This document shows positions 1-10,833 of a stretch of DNA of 53,089 bases, in pieces; the stretch's first letter is position 1; every line of letters starts with the position of its first letter. The stretch covers positions 1 through 53,089 of the forward strand of contig JBEPVB010000002.1 in assembly GCA_041691215.1 (NCBI GenBank), read 5' to 3'. Origin of the DNA: Chloroflexota bacterium. Its GTDB lineage: Bacteria > Chloroflexota > Limnocylindria > Limnocylindrales > CSP1-4. The translations under genes and the position numbers were made by a program. The notes under the pieces were generated by a model. It made no database searches and was not told where the DNA came from. It saw only the letters and a program-made list of their open reading frames with translations.

Positions 1-29
1 GGACATCGGCATGGGCTACGCTCAGCGCG

Positions 30-980
30 ATGCCCGACTTCAAGAAGCCGCCCTGGTCAGACCTGTACGCCTTCCTGAAGACGGACGGTGCTGCGCTCTG
101 GCACTCGATCCTGATCCTCGTGGCGGCCCTGGTCGCCATCCGCCTGGCGAGCGTCTTCGTGCACGGGGTCGTGAAGGCCCTCATGGACCGCGAAGCGACC
201 GAGGGCACGGCCCAGGAGCTCTCCGCCGTCGAGCTCCAGAAGCGGATGCAGACGCTCGACGACCTGGGGGTCAACGTCCTTCGCTTCTTCGTCGTGATGA
301 TCGCCCTGGTCACGTTGCTCGCCGCCTTCGACATCAACATCGGGCCGGCGGTCGCCGGCCTCGGGATCGTCGGTGTTGCCGTCGGCTTCGGCGCCCAGCA
401 CCTCGTCAAGGACTACCTCAACGGGGCCCTGATCCTCATCGAGAACCAGTTCAGCAAGGGCGATGTGATCCGGATCGCCGGCGTGAGCGGGACAGTCGAG
501 GACTTCAGCCTGCGGCGGACGACCCTGCGCGATCTTGATGGCATCGTCCATACGGTGCCCAACGGCGAGATCGCGGTGGCCAGCAACCTGACCCGGGTCT
601 GGTCCCGGATCAACCAGGACGTGACGGTGGCCTACGGCACCGATATCGACGAGGCGATCAAGGTCGTCGATGCCGTCGGCCGCGAGATGGCCTCGGATCC
701 GGCTTGGAAGCGGCGGGTCCTGGAGACGCCCCGTGTCGATCGCGTCGCGGCGCTCGGGGAGTACGGGGTCACCCTCAAGATCCTCGGGACGGTCCGGGCA
801 ACCGAACAATGGGCCGCCGCCGGCGAGCTCCGCAAGCGCCTCCTGGTCGCCTTCAAGGCCAATGGCATCGAGATCCCCCGGCCGCAGCGGGTCGTCCTGG
901 CCCGCGAAGGGGGAGCCGGCACGGGGCCGAGCGCGCCGCCCCTGGGCCCCACGGACGAGGATCTCGCGCCGGAAGAGTGA
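30..980 (+). CDS. MscS-family small-conductance mechanosensitive channel
   Basis: Full ORF 30-980. N-terminal TM helices (ILILVAALVAIRLASVFV, FFVVMIALVTLLAAF, GLGIVGVAVGFGAQ) are followed by the MscS beta-domain signature GAQHLVKDYLNGALILIENQFSKGDVIRI...GTVEDFSLRRTTLRDLDGIVHTVPNG. Confidence 0.9.
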   Translation: MPDFKKPPWSDLYAFLKTDGAALWHSILILVAALVAIRLASVFVHGVVKALMDREATEGTAQELSAVELQKRMQTLDDLGVNVLRFFVVMIALVTLLAAFDINIGPAVAGLGIVGVAVGFGAQHLVKDYLNGALILIENQFSKGDVIRIAGVSGTVEDFSLRRTTLRDLDGIVHTVPNGEIAVASNLTRVWSRINQDVTVAYGTDIDEAIKVVDAVGREMASDPAWKRRVLETPRVDRVAALGEYGVTLKILGTVRATEQWAAAGELRKRLLVAFKANGIEIPRPQRVVLAREGGAGTGPSAPPLGPTDEDLAPEE

Positions 981-1026
981 TCGCCGCGCGGTCACGGGCT
1001 ACGATGGCAACCCAAGGCCCCGACAC

Positions 1027-2913
1027 GTGAGGTCCGACTTGGCGAAAGCCTCCGACCAAGCGACACCCTCGCCGCTCGAGAACGGCTGGGAAGCCCGGTT
1101 CCGCGCCCCTGCCATCATGTTCAGCGAGATCGCGCCGAAGGACCCGACCCGTGGCCTCGTCGCCGCGAACATGGACGGGCTCGTCCAGCTGCACGCCTGG
1201 ACGCCATCGACCGGGGCGCTCAGGCAGATCACCCACGAGCCGACTGGCCGGACTAACGCCGAGCTCTCGCCGGACGGCCGCTGGGCCTGCTACCTGCGGG
1301 ACGTGGCCGGCAACGAGCTCGGCCACTTCGTGGCTCTCCCGCTTGACGGCGGCCCAGAGGTGGATCTCTCGCCAGGCCTGACGGCGTACGCGGGCGAGAC
1401 CCTGGCGTTCAGCCGTGATGGCCGGCGGGTGGCCTTCGTGACGGCCTCGGACGACACCTTCGTGGCCCGCGTCGGCTCGTTCGTCGACGGGTCCACCCGG
1501 GACCTCCGGGCGATCCACTCCACCGCCGCCAGCATCTTCCAGGCGAGCCTCTCGGCCGATGGCCGCTTTCTGGTCGTCTCCTCGAGCCACCTGTCGAGCG
1601 GCTTCGAGTTCAGCCTCCTGACCTTCGACGCCGAGACCGGCGATCGCGGCCCCGAGCTCTGGGATGGGCCTGGCACGAGCCTCGTCGTCTACATGTGCTC
1701 ACCAGTTGCCGGTGACGAGCGGATCCTGGCCACGACCAACACCAGCGGCCCCGAGCGAGCAGTCGTCTGGGACCGGGCGAGCGACGCCCGGCAGGACCTC
1801 CCGGCCGGTGCGCCGGATGGTGACATCGTGCCCCTCGACTGGTCGGCCGACGGCACCCGCATCCTCCTCTGCCGGACGCATCGGGCGATCCAGTCGCTCC
1901 TCCTGTGGGAGCTGGAACCCAACGTCCTCCGCGAGCTCGCCCATCCGGCTGGGGCGTTCATCGGCTATCTGCACCACCACACGAGCTATTTCGATCTCGG
2001 CGGCGAGGAGATCATCGCTCGCTGGGAGGACTTCGCGAGCCCGCGCCGTCTCATCGCACTGGACCCGGCCACCGGCCGGATGACCCGTGCGGTCCTCGAT
2101 GCGGGCCCCGTGCCGGCTGGCGGGACCTTCGAATCGGTCGACATCCCTACGCCCGGCGGGGAGATGGTCCAGGCGTGGCTGGGGCGCCCGGAGGGCGATG
2201 CTCCCCACGTGGTGATCCTCTCGACCCACGGCGGCCCCACGTCGGCCACCGCCGAGAACTTCGACCCCCAGTTCCAGGCCTACCTGGACGCGGGCTTCGC
2301 GGTTCTCGCCGTGAACTACCACGGCTCGACGACGTTCGGCCGCGACTTCGAGCACTCCATCTGGGGTCACCTCGGCGAGCTCGAGCTGGGCGATATGGCA
2401 GCTGCCCGCGCCTGGCTCATCGAGGCCGGGATCGGCCGGCCGGACGGGATCTTCCTCGAGGGCTGGTCGTACGGTGGCTACCTGACCCTCCTGGGCCTCG
2501 GTCGCCAGCCCGAGCTGTGGGCCGGTGGGATGGCCGGTATCGCCATCGCCGATTGGCAGATGAACTACGACGATTCGACCGACCTCCTCCGCGGCTACCA
2601 GCGGATGCTCTTCAATGGTCCACCCGAGGACCCCGCGGTCGCCGAGGCCTTCCGTGTCGGTTCGCCCCTCACCTATGTCGACGACGTTCGGGCGCCCGTC
2701 CTCATCATCCAGGGTCGCAACGACACCAGGACGCCGGCGCGGCCAATCGAGCAGTACGTCGCCCGCCTCAAGGCTCGTCGGCATCCCGTCGAGATCGACT
2801 GGTTCGATGCCGGCCACACCGGCAGCGGCGCGAACGCCGAGCTCGCGATCGTCCAGACTCGACGAATCATCGAGTTCGCCCGCTCGATCGTCGGCGCGGA
2901 GTCCATGCCTTGA
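1027..2913 (+). CDS. S9 family serine peptidase (prolyl oligopeptidase / acylaminoacyl-peptidase type)
   Basis: Frame of ORF 670-2913. The upstream part overlaps mscS and is Arg/Ser-rich junk, so I place the start at in-frame GTG 1027 (ATG 1117 is possible). Propeller-type repeats (LSPDGRW, FSRDGRR, LSADGRF, WSADGTR) precede a hydrolase domain with the GWSYGGY nucleophile elbow, QGRNDTRTP Asp and FDAGHTG His. Confidence 0.85.
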   Translation: MRSDLAKASDQATPSPLENGWEARFRAPAIMFSEIAPKDPTRGLVAANMDGLVQLHAWTPSTGALRQITHEPTGRTNAELSPDGRWACYLRDVAGNELGHFVALPLDGGPEVDLSPGLTAYAGETLAFSRDGRRVAFVTASDDTFVARVGSFVDGSTRDLRAIHSTAASIFQASLSADGRFLVVSSSHLSSGFEFSLLTFDAETGDRGPELWDGPGTSLVVYMCSPVAGDERILATTNTSGPERAVVWDRASDARQDLPAGAPDGDIVPLDWSADGTRILLCRTHRAIQSLLLWELEPNVLRELAHPAGAFIGYLHHHTSYFDLGGEEIIARWEDFASPRRLIALDPATGRMTRAVLDAGPVPAGGTFESVDIPTPGGEMVQAWLGRPEGDAPHVVILSTHGGPTSATAENFDPQFQAYLDAGFAVLAVNYHGSTTFGRDFEHSIWGHLGELELGDMAAARAWLIEAGIGRPDGIFLEGWSYGGYLTLLGLGRQPELWAGGMAGIAIADWQMNYDDSTDLLRGYQRMLFNGPPEDPAVAEAFRVGSPLTYVDDVRAPVLIIQGRNDTRTPARPIEQYVARLKARRHPVEIDWFDAGHTGSGANAELAIVQTRRIIEFARSIVGAESMP

Positions 2914-2945
2914 GTCAGCCACCCCCGCCCGCCGGAGGAGATGCC

Positions 2946-4901
<1,956 letters not shown>

Positions 4902-4909
4902 GGAGCGAT

Positions 4910-5560
4910 ATGCCCTTCGGCTTCGGACGCAAGAAGGCAGCGGCTCCGGCGAGCGGCGTGGCTACGACTGCGACGCGGCCGGGGGCCGGCGAGCCGCGTC
5001 CGATCCGCTTCCATGGCTTCACCGAGGACTGGCGCCTCGAAGGTGAGATGCGCATCTCGGGCCGGCTCCTCGACCTCCTCAACCAGCGCGAGGTGGTCTC
5101 GGTCAGTGACGTCCACTGGGCCCCGGTCGACGGCAGCGTCCCGCTCGAGCCGGCGCCCGGCATCCAGAGCCTGGATCCCTATGACCTCATCGTCGCCATC
5201 GCCGACGCCGACAGCCTGGAGGCCAGGACCGACGACGAGCGATCCGCCCACCGGGTCCACAAGGTCTCCTTCGACGTGGCAGCCGAGGCGCCCCCGTATC
5301 GCATCGTCGGCACGATCCAGCTGCATCCGGGCTCGGAGCCGGAATCGCTCCTCGAGCGCGGCAGCCAGATGTTCGCCGCGGTGACCGATCCAATGCTCCA
5401 GCTCGGCGGCAGGAACCTCGACCTCGAGGGCGCCAGGACGGTCCTCGTCAACCGCTTCTACCTGCGCGGCATCCGCCAGGTCGATCGGGCGACGGGAGAG
5501 CCCCACCAGCGCCTGCCGGGCCAGGGTCTTGGTGGGACGAACTGGACCGAGCGCTCCTGA
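4910..5560 (+). CDS. Hypothetical protein, paralogue of the 35918-36430 product
   Basis: ORF begins 9 nt after the acs stop. Sequence is non-repetitive and GC3-rich. It shares collinear motifs with the 35918 protein (SGRLLD.L, W.P..G, DL(I/L)V, H.V..D..PY...G, PG..P, LVNR(F/Y)). I recognise no family. Confidence 0.6.
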   Translation: MPFGFGRKKAAAPASGVATTATRPGAGEPRPIRFHGFTEDWRLEGEMRISGRLLDLLNQREVVSVSDVHWAPVDGSVPLEPAPGIQSLDPYDLIVAIADADSLEARTDDERSAHRVHKVSFDVAAEAPPYRIVGTIQLHPGSEPESLLERGSQMFAAVTDPMLQLGGRNLDLEGARTVLVNRFYLRGIRQVDRATGEPHQRLPGQGLGGTNWTERS

Positions 5561-5626
5561 GGTTCGGGCGGTCCCGCCGGCGTCCTGCCCGGCCCCCAAC
5601 CCCCCGCGAAACGGCTTCGAATCGTC

Positions 5627-5654
5627 GAGCCGACCGGCGGGCGCCGGTCGGCTC
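5627..5654. terminator. GC-rich hairpin between convergent genes (candidate bidirectional terminator)
   Basis: Perfect 13-bp inverted repeat GAGCCGACCGGCG-GG-CGCCGGTCGGCTC, between the stop of 4910-5560 (+) and the stop of 5677-6924 (-). No clear U-tract. Confidence 0.45.
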
Positions 5655-5676
5655 CCTGTTCAATGCAGCGGGGAGG

Positions 5677-6924
5677 TCAGGCTCGCACGGCCTCCTTGCG
5701 CCCGAAGATGCCGCCGAGCAGCGACGAGCGCTCGGCCGGCGTCGTGAGGACCGCGACCGCGGGCTCCAGGCCCAGGACCCGGTCGGCGAGGGCCTCGAAG
5801 TCGGCCGTCACCTTCTCCTTGGGGAACATGTCGGTCACGGTCTTGCCTTCATTGGCGGCACGGACGAAGAGCATCCCGCCGCTGCGGATCAGGGCTACCG
5901 CGGGGATGCCCACGGCCTGCTCGATCTGCTTCACCGACACGCCGCTGTTGGCCCGGTTGACCACCATCGCCAGGCGATCGCGAACCCCGAGCTCGGTGGC
6001 CACCTCGACCAGCTGGACCGCGGCCCGAATCGCCGGTAGGTCGGGCGTGACCGGGACGATGATCCGGTCGGCGATGCGGAAAATGGTCAGGTTGACGTCG
6101 CTGTAGGACGGGTGGAGGTCGACGACGATGACATCGACGCCCCAGCGCGCGGCGAGGAGCGCTTCGGCGACGCGCTCGGGATCGAGGTTCGGCATTGCCA
6201 GGGGGCTCGAGACGAGGGCCGCCACGCGGATGCCCGACTCGTGGACCGCGGCGATGTCCAGGAGGCCCTCGGCTGGGCCGCCTTCGTCCTCGTCCAGCCA
6301 GGCGTCGGCAATGGTCCGCCCGGCATCCATGCCCAGGGACATCGTGACGTGACCGGTCACCGTGTCGGCATCGACGAGCAGGACGCGTCGATCCTTGCGG
6401 TTCTGGATTGCCGCGGCGAGGTTCGTGGCGATGGTCGTCTTGCCGACCCCGCCCTTGGGATTGAAGACGGCGATGATCGGCGAGCGAGCCGCCCACTCTG
6501 CCTCCACGGGGCCGTGGGACATGACTGCGTTCTCGGGCTCGCCGGCCGTGACCTGGGCCCGGATGAGCATCGCCTCGGCGCGCCAGCGAACCGCGTCGGC
6601 GTCGACCGGGCGGAGGACGATCTCGTCATTGGGTCCAAGGGCGGTCCCGTCACCGAGGGCCTCGGCCTGCTCGGCGTCCGCGACGACCAGAACGGGCACG
6701 GACGGCCCGTCGGCTCGAATCGAGAGGAGGTTGACAGCGAAGGCGATGGGGTCCTCGGTCGCGTCGAGGATAGCCAGGCCCACGGGCAGGCCGGCCTGGA
6801 TCACGGCCGGCAGCTCGCTGACGGATTCGAGGACGACCGAGCCGAACTCGGCGGTGGTCAGCTCCTGGAGGACGGCTTCGCGCTCGGCGGGCGGGAGCCC
6901 GACGGCGATCGTCGGTCGGCGCAT
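5677..6924 (-). CDS. CpaE/TadZ-like ATPase: pseudo-receiver domain fused to a ParA/MinD-type P-loop ATPase
   Basis: N-terminal ~125 aa resemble a receiver fold (GLAILDATEDP, VPVLVVADAEQ) but lack the acidic N-terminal pair. Then the deviant Walker A IIAVFNPKGGVGKTTIATNLA, LLVDAD, and VIVVDL. Confidence 0.8.
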   Translation of the reverse strand: MRRPTIAVGLPPAEREAVLQELTTAEFGSVVLESVSELPAVIQAGLPVGLAILDATEDPIAFAVNLLSIRADGPSVPVLVVADAEQAEALGDGTALGPNDEIVLRPVDADAVRWRAEAMLIRAQVTAGEPENAVMSHGPVEAEWAARSPIIAVFNPKGGVGKTTIATNLAAAIQNRKDRRVLLVDADTVTGHVTMSLGMDAGRTIADAWLDEDEGGPAEGLLDIAAVHESGIRVAALVSSPLAMPNLDPERVAEALLAARWGVDVIVVDLHPSYSDVNLTIFRIADRIIVPVTPDLPAIRAAVQLVEVATELGVRDRLAMVVNRANSGVSVKQIEQAVGIPAVALIRSGGMLFVRAANEGKTVTDMFPKEKVTADFEALADRVLGLEPAVAVLTTPAERSSLLGGIFGRKEAVRA

Positions 6925-6937
6925 GGGGACCTCGGTT

Positions 6938-8176
6938 TCAGCTGGCCTCGGCGAGCTCCGTCGCGCTCACCGTCAGGACGCCGTCGGCGTCGCCGGTGAT
7001 CGAGGCGGTGAACCCGTCGAGCTCGGGGATGAGAGTGCGAACGTCGGTGGCAGGGTCGTGCTGGACGGTGAAGATGAAGTCACCGTTGGGGCCCGATGCG
7101 ACGCTCACGCCGCTGACTCCCGGGGCGCGACCGATGGCCCGCTTGAAGCCGGCGATGCTGGCCACGCTGATGAGGCCGGCGACTGACAGCCGCGAGCTGG
7201 CCTGAGCCTCGCGGCCCGAAGCCGGATCGGTGAAGGTCGCCAGGCGCTCGACGACGTCGAGGTCGCCGTCGCTGCGGGGACCGGTGGGCGAGGCGATCGT
7301 GCCTTCGGCCGAGTCGGTCTCGCCGATCAAGTCGATGTCGCCGATCAGGTCGATGTCGGCGGGATCGATCCCGGCCAGGAAGTCGGCCTCGGCGGCGGCA
7401 GCATTGCCGGCATCGAGGGTCCGGGATGGCGTCCAGGCTCCGAGATCCTCGCCGTCGAAGGCCGGCGGCTCCGGCAGCGTCTCGGCGAAGCCGGCCAGGC
7501 GGGCCGGGTCCTCCTCGGCCATGAGCGATGCGTAGAAGCTCTCCATGCTGGTCTCGAACGTGGTGACGGCTGCGTTGACGAGCTCGATGCGGTGCTCGAC
7601 CCGAGCGGCGTGCTCGTCGATGTCCAGCTCCAGGCGGCGGCGGCGGGCGGCGATCCGCTCCTCCGTCTCTTCCTTGATCCGGGCCATCTCGGCCTTCGAC
7701 CAGTCCCGGATGCCGGCCACGTCCTCGTCGGACTGGCGGCGGATCTCGGTGGCGGCATCGGCCGTCTCGGTGTGGATGCCTTCGATGCGGGCCTTGGCGG
7801 CCTCGGCGTAGCGGGCCAGCGATTCGTCCTTGGCGCTCTGCGCGGCGTCGCGCATGGCCCGGACGAGGCCGGCGACGAGGGGATTGTCCCGGCGGCCCTT
7901 GGCGGCCGGCGCAGCGGCGTCGGCGGACGCGGTAGGAGGTCCCGCGGTTTCGATCACGACGTCGTCGTCGGCCCGGACCTCGTCGGACGCGGCCCATGCT
8001 TCGGCGCGCGAATCGCCGCTGGTGGTGCTGGTATCCAGGGTCATGACGTCCTCGCCAGTGGTGGCTTCGATGGCCGAATCCGGGGTTTCGGAAGCCGCCT
8101 GGTCCATGGCAGGATCTGACCGGGGCTCCGCGGCCCAGGGAAGGCGGAATCCGGATCGCTGTTCGGTGCTCGCCAT
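6938..8176 (-). CDS. Hypothetical coiled-coil protein with acidic N-terminus and compact C-terminal alpha/beta-like domain
   Basis: Last 412 codons of ORF 6938-9478, starting at ATG 8176 (MASTEQRSGF). The upstream part of that ORF is antisense to moaA and is junk. Central heptad-like charged region (ARIEGIHTETADAATEIRRQSDEDVAGIRDWSKAEMARIKEETEERIAARRRRLELDIDEHAARVEH). C-terminus: LISVASIAGFKRAIGRAPGVSGVSVASGPNGDFIFTVQHD. Ends 13 nt upstream of the CpaE-like gene. Confidence 0.6.
   Translation of the reverse strand: MASTEQRSGFRLPWAAEPRSDPAMDQAASETPDSAIEATTGEDVMTLDTSTTSGDSRAEAWAASDEVRADDDVVIETAGPPTASADAAAPAAKGRRDNPLVAGLVRAMRDAAQSAKDESLARYAEAAKARIEGIHTETADAATEIRRQSDEDVAGIRDWSKAEMARIKEETEERIAARRRRLELDIDEHAARVEHRIELVNAAVTTFETSMESFYASLMAEEDPARLAGFAETLPEPPAFDGEDLGAWTPSRTLDAGNAAAAEADFLAGIDPADIDLIGDIDLIGETDSAEGTIASPTGPRSDGDLDVVERLATFTDPASGREAQASSRLSVAGLISVASIAGFKRAIGRAPGVSGVSVASGPNGDFIFTVQHDPATDVRTLIPELDGFTASITGDADGVLTVSATELAEAS
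7323..7358. repeat. In-frame 18-bp tandem duplication inside the coiled-coil protein gene
   Basis: CCGATCAAGTCGATGTCG followed by CCGATCAGGTCGATGTCG (1 mismatch). It encodes DIDLIG-DIDLIG on the minus strand. Confidence 0.9.
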
Positions 8177-8344
8177 GCGTGCTCTTCCTCGCGTCGGGTC
8201 CGGCAACCTGCCGGTTCGGGGCGCTGGGGCGATAGTCGGCCAGGGGGTGCGCGAGCGCATCCGGCTAGACGTACCGCCTTCTCCACCCGGAGGTACCAGA
8301 CCGAACCTGGCCCCACAATCGGCGAGCCGTCGTAGCATCCAGTT

Positions 8345-9421
8345 GTGAACGCTCCGACCACCCCACGCAGCGAGCAGCCGGCGATCACGTTCGATGGCCG
8401 TCCCGGCCTCCTCGACACCCGCGGCCGGGCCCTCCGCGACCTTCGGGTATCGGTCACCGACCGTTGCAACTTCCGCTGCACCTATTGCATGCCGGCGGAG
8501 GTCTTCGGGCGCGACTACGCCTTCCTGCCCCACGCCGAGGTCCTGACCTACGAAGAGATGCGGCGCCTCGCGGGAATCAGCGTTGCCCTCGGTGTGCGCA
8601 AGCTCCGGATCACGGGCGGCGAGCCTCTCGTCCGGAAGGGGCTGCCCGAGCTGGTCGCGCTTCTGGCCGAGCTGCGGACGCCGGATGGGGAGCCGGTCGA
8701 CCTGACCCTCACGACCAACGGCTCGGCCCTCCGGCCCCAGGCCGCCGCCCTGGCCGATGCCGGGTTGCAGCGGATCACGGTCTCCCTCGATTCGCTCGAC
8801 GATGCGACGTTCCGGCGGATGAACGGCGTCGATTTCCCGGTCAGTCGGGTCCTCGACGGGATCGATGCCGCCCGGGTCGCCGGCCTCGCCCCGATCAAGG
8901 TCAACATGGTCGTGAAGAAGGGCGAGAACGAGGCGAGCATCGTGCCCATGGCCCGCTGGGCCCGCGACGAGGGCCTGATCCTCCGCTACATCGAGTACAT
9001 GGACGTGGGAACCACGAACGGCTGGCGCCTCGACGATGTCGTCACCGCCGCCGAGATCGTGGCCGCGATCGATCGCGAGCTGCCGCTCGAGCCCGTCGAG
9101 CCGAGCTACCGGGGCGAGGTGGCCGGCCGCTGGCGGTATCGGGATGGATCCGGCGAGGTGGGTGTCATCGCCTCGGTCAGCCAGCCGTTCTGCGGCGACT
9201 GCACCCGGGCCCGGCTCTCGGCCGACGGCAAGATCTACACCTGCCTCTTCAGCGCCTCGGGCACCGACCTCCGGGGGCCCCTTCGGTCGGGAGCCACGGA
9301 CGACGACCTGCGAGCGATCGTCGAGGGCCTCTGGAAGGTTCGTGCCGACCGCTACTCGGAGCTCCGATCCAACGCCACGAGCCACCTGCCGCGGGTGGAG
9401 ATGTTCGCCGTCGGCGGCTGA
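8345..9421 (+). CDS. moaA: GTP 3',8-cyclase (molybdenum cofactor biosynthesis protein A), radical SAM
   Basis: LRVSVTDRCNFRCTYCMP radical-SAM CxxxCxxC motif, LRITGGEPLVRKGL, LTTNG, C-terminal CGDCTRARLSADGKIYTCLF second cluster. GTG start. Confidence 0.93.
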   Translation: MNAPTTPRSEQPAITFDGRPGLLDTRGRALRDLRVSVTDRCNFRCTYCMPAEVFGRDYAFLPHAEVLTYEEMRRLAGISVALGVRKLRITGGEPLVRKGLPELVALLAELRTPDGEPVDLTLTTNGSALRPQAAALADAGLQRITVSLDSLDDATFRRMNGVDFPVSRVLDGIDAARVAGLAPIKVNMVVKKGENEASIVPMARWARDEGLILRYIEYMDVGTTNGWRLDDVVTAAEIVAAIDRELPLEPVEPSYRGEVAGRWRYRDGSGEVGVIASVSQPFCGDCTRARLSADGKIYTCLFSASGTDLRGPLRSGATDDDLRAIVEGLWKVRADRYSELRSNATSHLPRVEMFAVGG

Positions 9422-9493
9422 CGAGGCTGGGCTGTCGCCGTCGCTTGCGGCCGGCTCCTGGACCGGGCCCGGTACCACGTTCGGGCGCTGCAG

Positions 9494-9567
9494 TTATCCA
9501 CCAGCCGTCAACATTGTCGAAAACTCGTGGACACGGCCGCGGACTTGTCACGAAGATTCGTGGATAA
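9494..9567. promoter_or_regulatory. Cluster of DnaA-box-like 9-mers / ~33-bp spaced repeats in a lower-GC patch
   Basis: TTATCCACC at 9494-9502 (+). CGTGGACAC at 9526-9534 (reverse complement GTGTCCACG). CGTGGATAA at 9559-9567 (reverse complement TTATCCACG). Also TTGTC half-sites at 9514, 9545 and 9573. Function not established. Confidence 0.3.
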
Positions 9568-9840
9568 CCGCGTTGTCCCGGCGTGCCCCCGCAACTACAT
9601 TTCGGCTTGCCCGAAGGGGCCGTCAGGGGACGAGGAGACCCGAGATCACATCAAGGGAAGCCACGTTCCGGACCGGTCGCTTCGGGCGCTTCGTTACCCG
9701 GTCGCGACGGGCCTCCGTGTCCGTCCCCGGGTGGTCGCCTGGCGGGACGTGACCGGCATCCCGGTGTCGGTACTTCCGTCGGGCGGCAGAAGCTTGCGGG
9801 CGCCGGCCGTCTACCCCTGGACGAATCACTGGAGGCCCGC

Positions 9841-10713
9841 ATGACCGCGGATCGCCCGGTCCCGGACCCGGCCGGTCGCATCCGTCCTATCGACCAGCCT
9901 GCCCGTCTCGACGCGCTCGAGGCCGCCGTGCGAGCGCGCTCGGCCGTTGTGCCCGCCATCGGGATCGTGCTCGGCTCGGGCCTCGGCGGCCTGGCCGAGG
10001 TCCTCGAGGAGGGCGTTGCCATCCCCTTCGCCGAGCTACCGGGCTGGCCGCCAGCCACGGCGCCCGGACACGTCGGGCGGCTCCTGCTGGGAACCGTCGG
10101 CGGGACGCCGGTGGCCATGCTCCAGGGCCGCTTCCACCTCTACGAGGGCCACGATCCCGGCCTCGTCGTGCAGCCGGTCCTGCTCTTCGCCCGCCTCGGC
10201 GCGCGAGCCCTCTTCCTGACCAACGCCGCCGGCGGCCTGGATCCCGCGTTTGGCCCCGGGACCATCATGGCCGTCCGCGACCATATCAACCTGACCGGCC
10301 AGAACCCGCAGATCGGGCCGAACGCGGAATCGATCGGAGGGCGTTTCACCGACCTCACCGAGGCCTGGAGCCCGCGCCTCCGGAAGCGCCTCCACGCCGC
10401 CGCCGATGCGGAGGGCGTCACCCTCGAGGACGGGATCTACGTCGGCCTGACGGGTCCCAACTACGAGACGCCGGCCGAGGTTCGGATGCTGGCCCAGCTT
10501 GGCGGCCAAGCGGTCGGGATGTCCACGGTCCTCGAGTGCATCGCCGCCCGCTGGGCGGGTCTCGAGGTGGTTGGCGTGTCGCTGATCACGAATGCCGGCG
10601 CTGGCTACAGCGGCGTGCCGCTGAGCCACGAGGAGGTCCTGGCCGCCGGGCTCGAGGCCGGGCCGCGCCTGGCGATGGTCATCCGCCGCTTTGTTGCCGA
10701 ACTCGAGGCCTGA
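9841..10713 (+). CDS. punA: Purine nucleoside phosphorylase (trimeric PNP/MTAP family)
   Basis: ATG 9841 is preceded by GGAGG 6 nt upstream. The in-frame upstream part of ORF 9583-10713 is Arg/Pro-rich junk. Motifs: IVLGSGLGGLA, GHVGRLLLG, MLQGRFHLYEG, LTNAAGG, GPNYETPAEVRML, GMSTVLE. Confidence 0.92.
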   Translation: MTADRPVPDPAGRIRPIDQPARLDALEAAVRARSAVVPAIGIVLGSGLGGLAEVLEEGVAIPFAELPGWPPATAPGHVGRLLLGTVGGTPVAMLQGRFHLYEGHDPGLVVQPVLLFARLGARALFLTNAAGGLDPAFGPGTIMAVRDHINLTGQNPQIGPNAESIGGRFTDLTEAWSPRLRKRLHAAADAEGVTLEDGIYVGLTGPNYETPAEVRMLAQLGGQAVGMSTVLECIAARWAGLEVVGVSLITNAGAGYSGVPLSHEEVLAAGLEAGPRLAMVIRRFVAELEA

Positions 10714-10833
10714 GCGGGGTTTGCCGCACCAACGCGGGAGGGCCCGGATTCGGGGGCCGCAATGCTGCCGGTCCCTCGCGCGTATTCAGGGATGGGCAGG
10801 CGGCTCTCGACCGCTCCCCCGTGAGGTGCCGTC

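Noticed and set aside
1905-2945. N-terminal 347 codons of the ORF that contains acs. The same kind of upstream extension occurs at 670-1026, 9583-9840, 8177-9478 (-), 33053-34741 (-, upstream extension of the cupredoxin frame), 30394-31575 and 42364-42909.
   Set aside because: These extensions overlap neighbouring bona fide genes in another frame and translate to low-complexity Arg/Pro/Gly sequence. The recognisable protein begins at an internal start, with a plausible RBS or start-stop overlap.
5600-5660. tRNA-like T-loop string GGCTTCGAATCG near the hairpin.
   Set aside because: No acceptor, D or anticodon arms can be drawn. The adjacent perfect 13-bp hairpin fits a terminator between convergent genes. 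I found no canonical GGTTCGAAT/GGTTCAAAT T-loops in non-coding sequence in the window.
8177-8344. Possible Moco (molybdenum cofactor) riboswitch upstream of moaA. Stems seen: GGCCAGG...CCTGGCC enclosing GGGTGCGC/GCGCATCC and GTACC...GGTAC hairpins.
   Set aside because: I could not find the conserved Moco-motif sequence blocks in the expected order, as I remember them from E. coli moaA. The region is also the promoter of the divergent gene. cmsearch with Rfam RF01055 would settle it; I cannot support the call.
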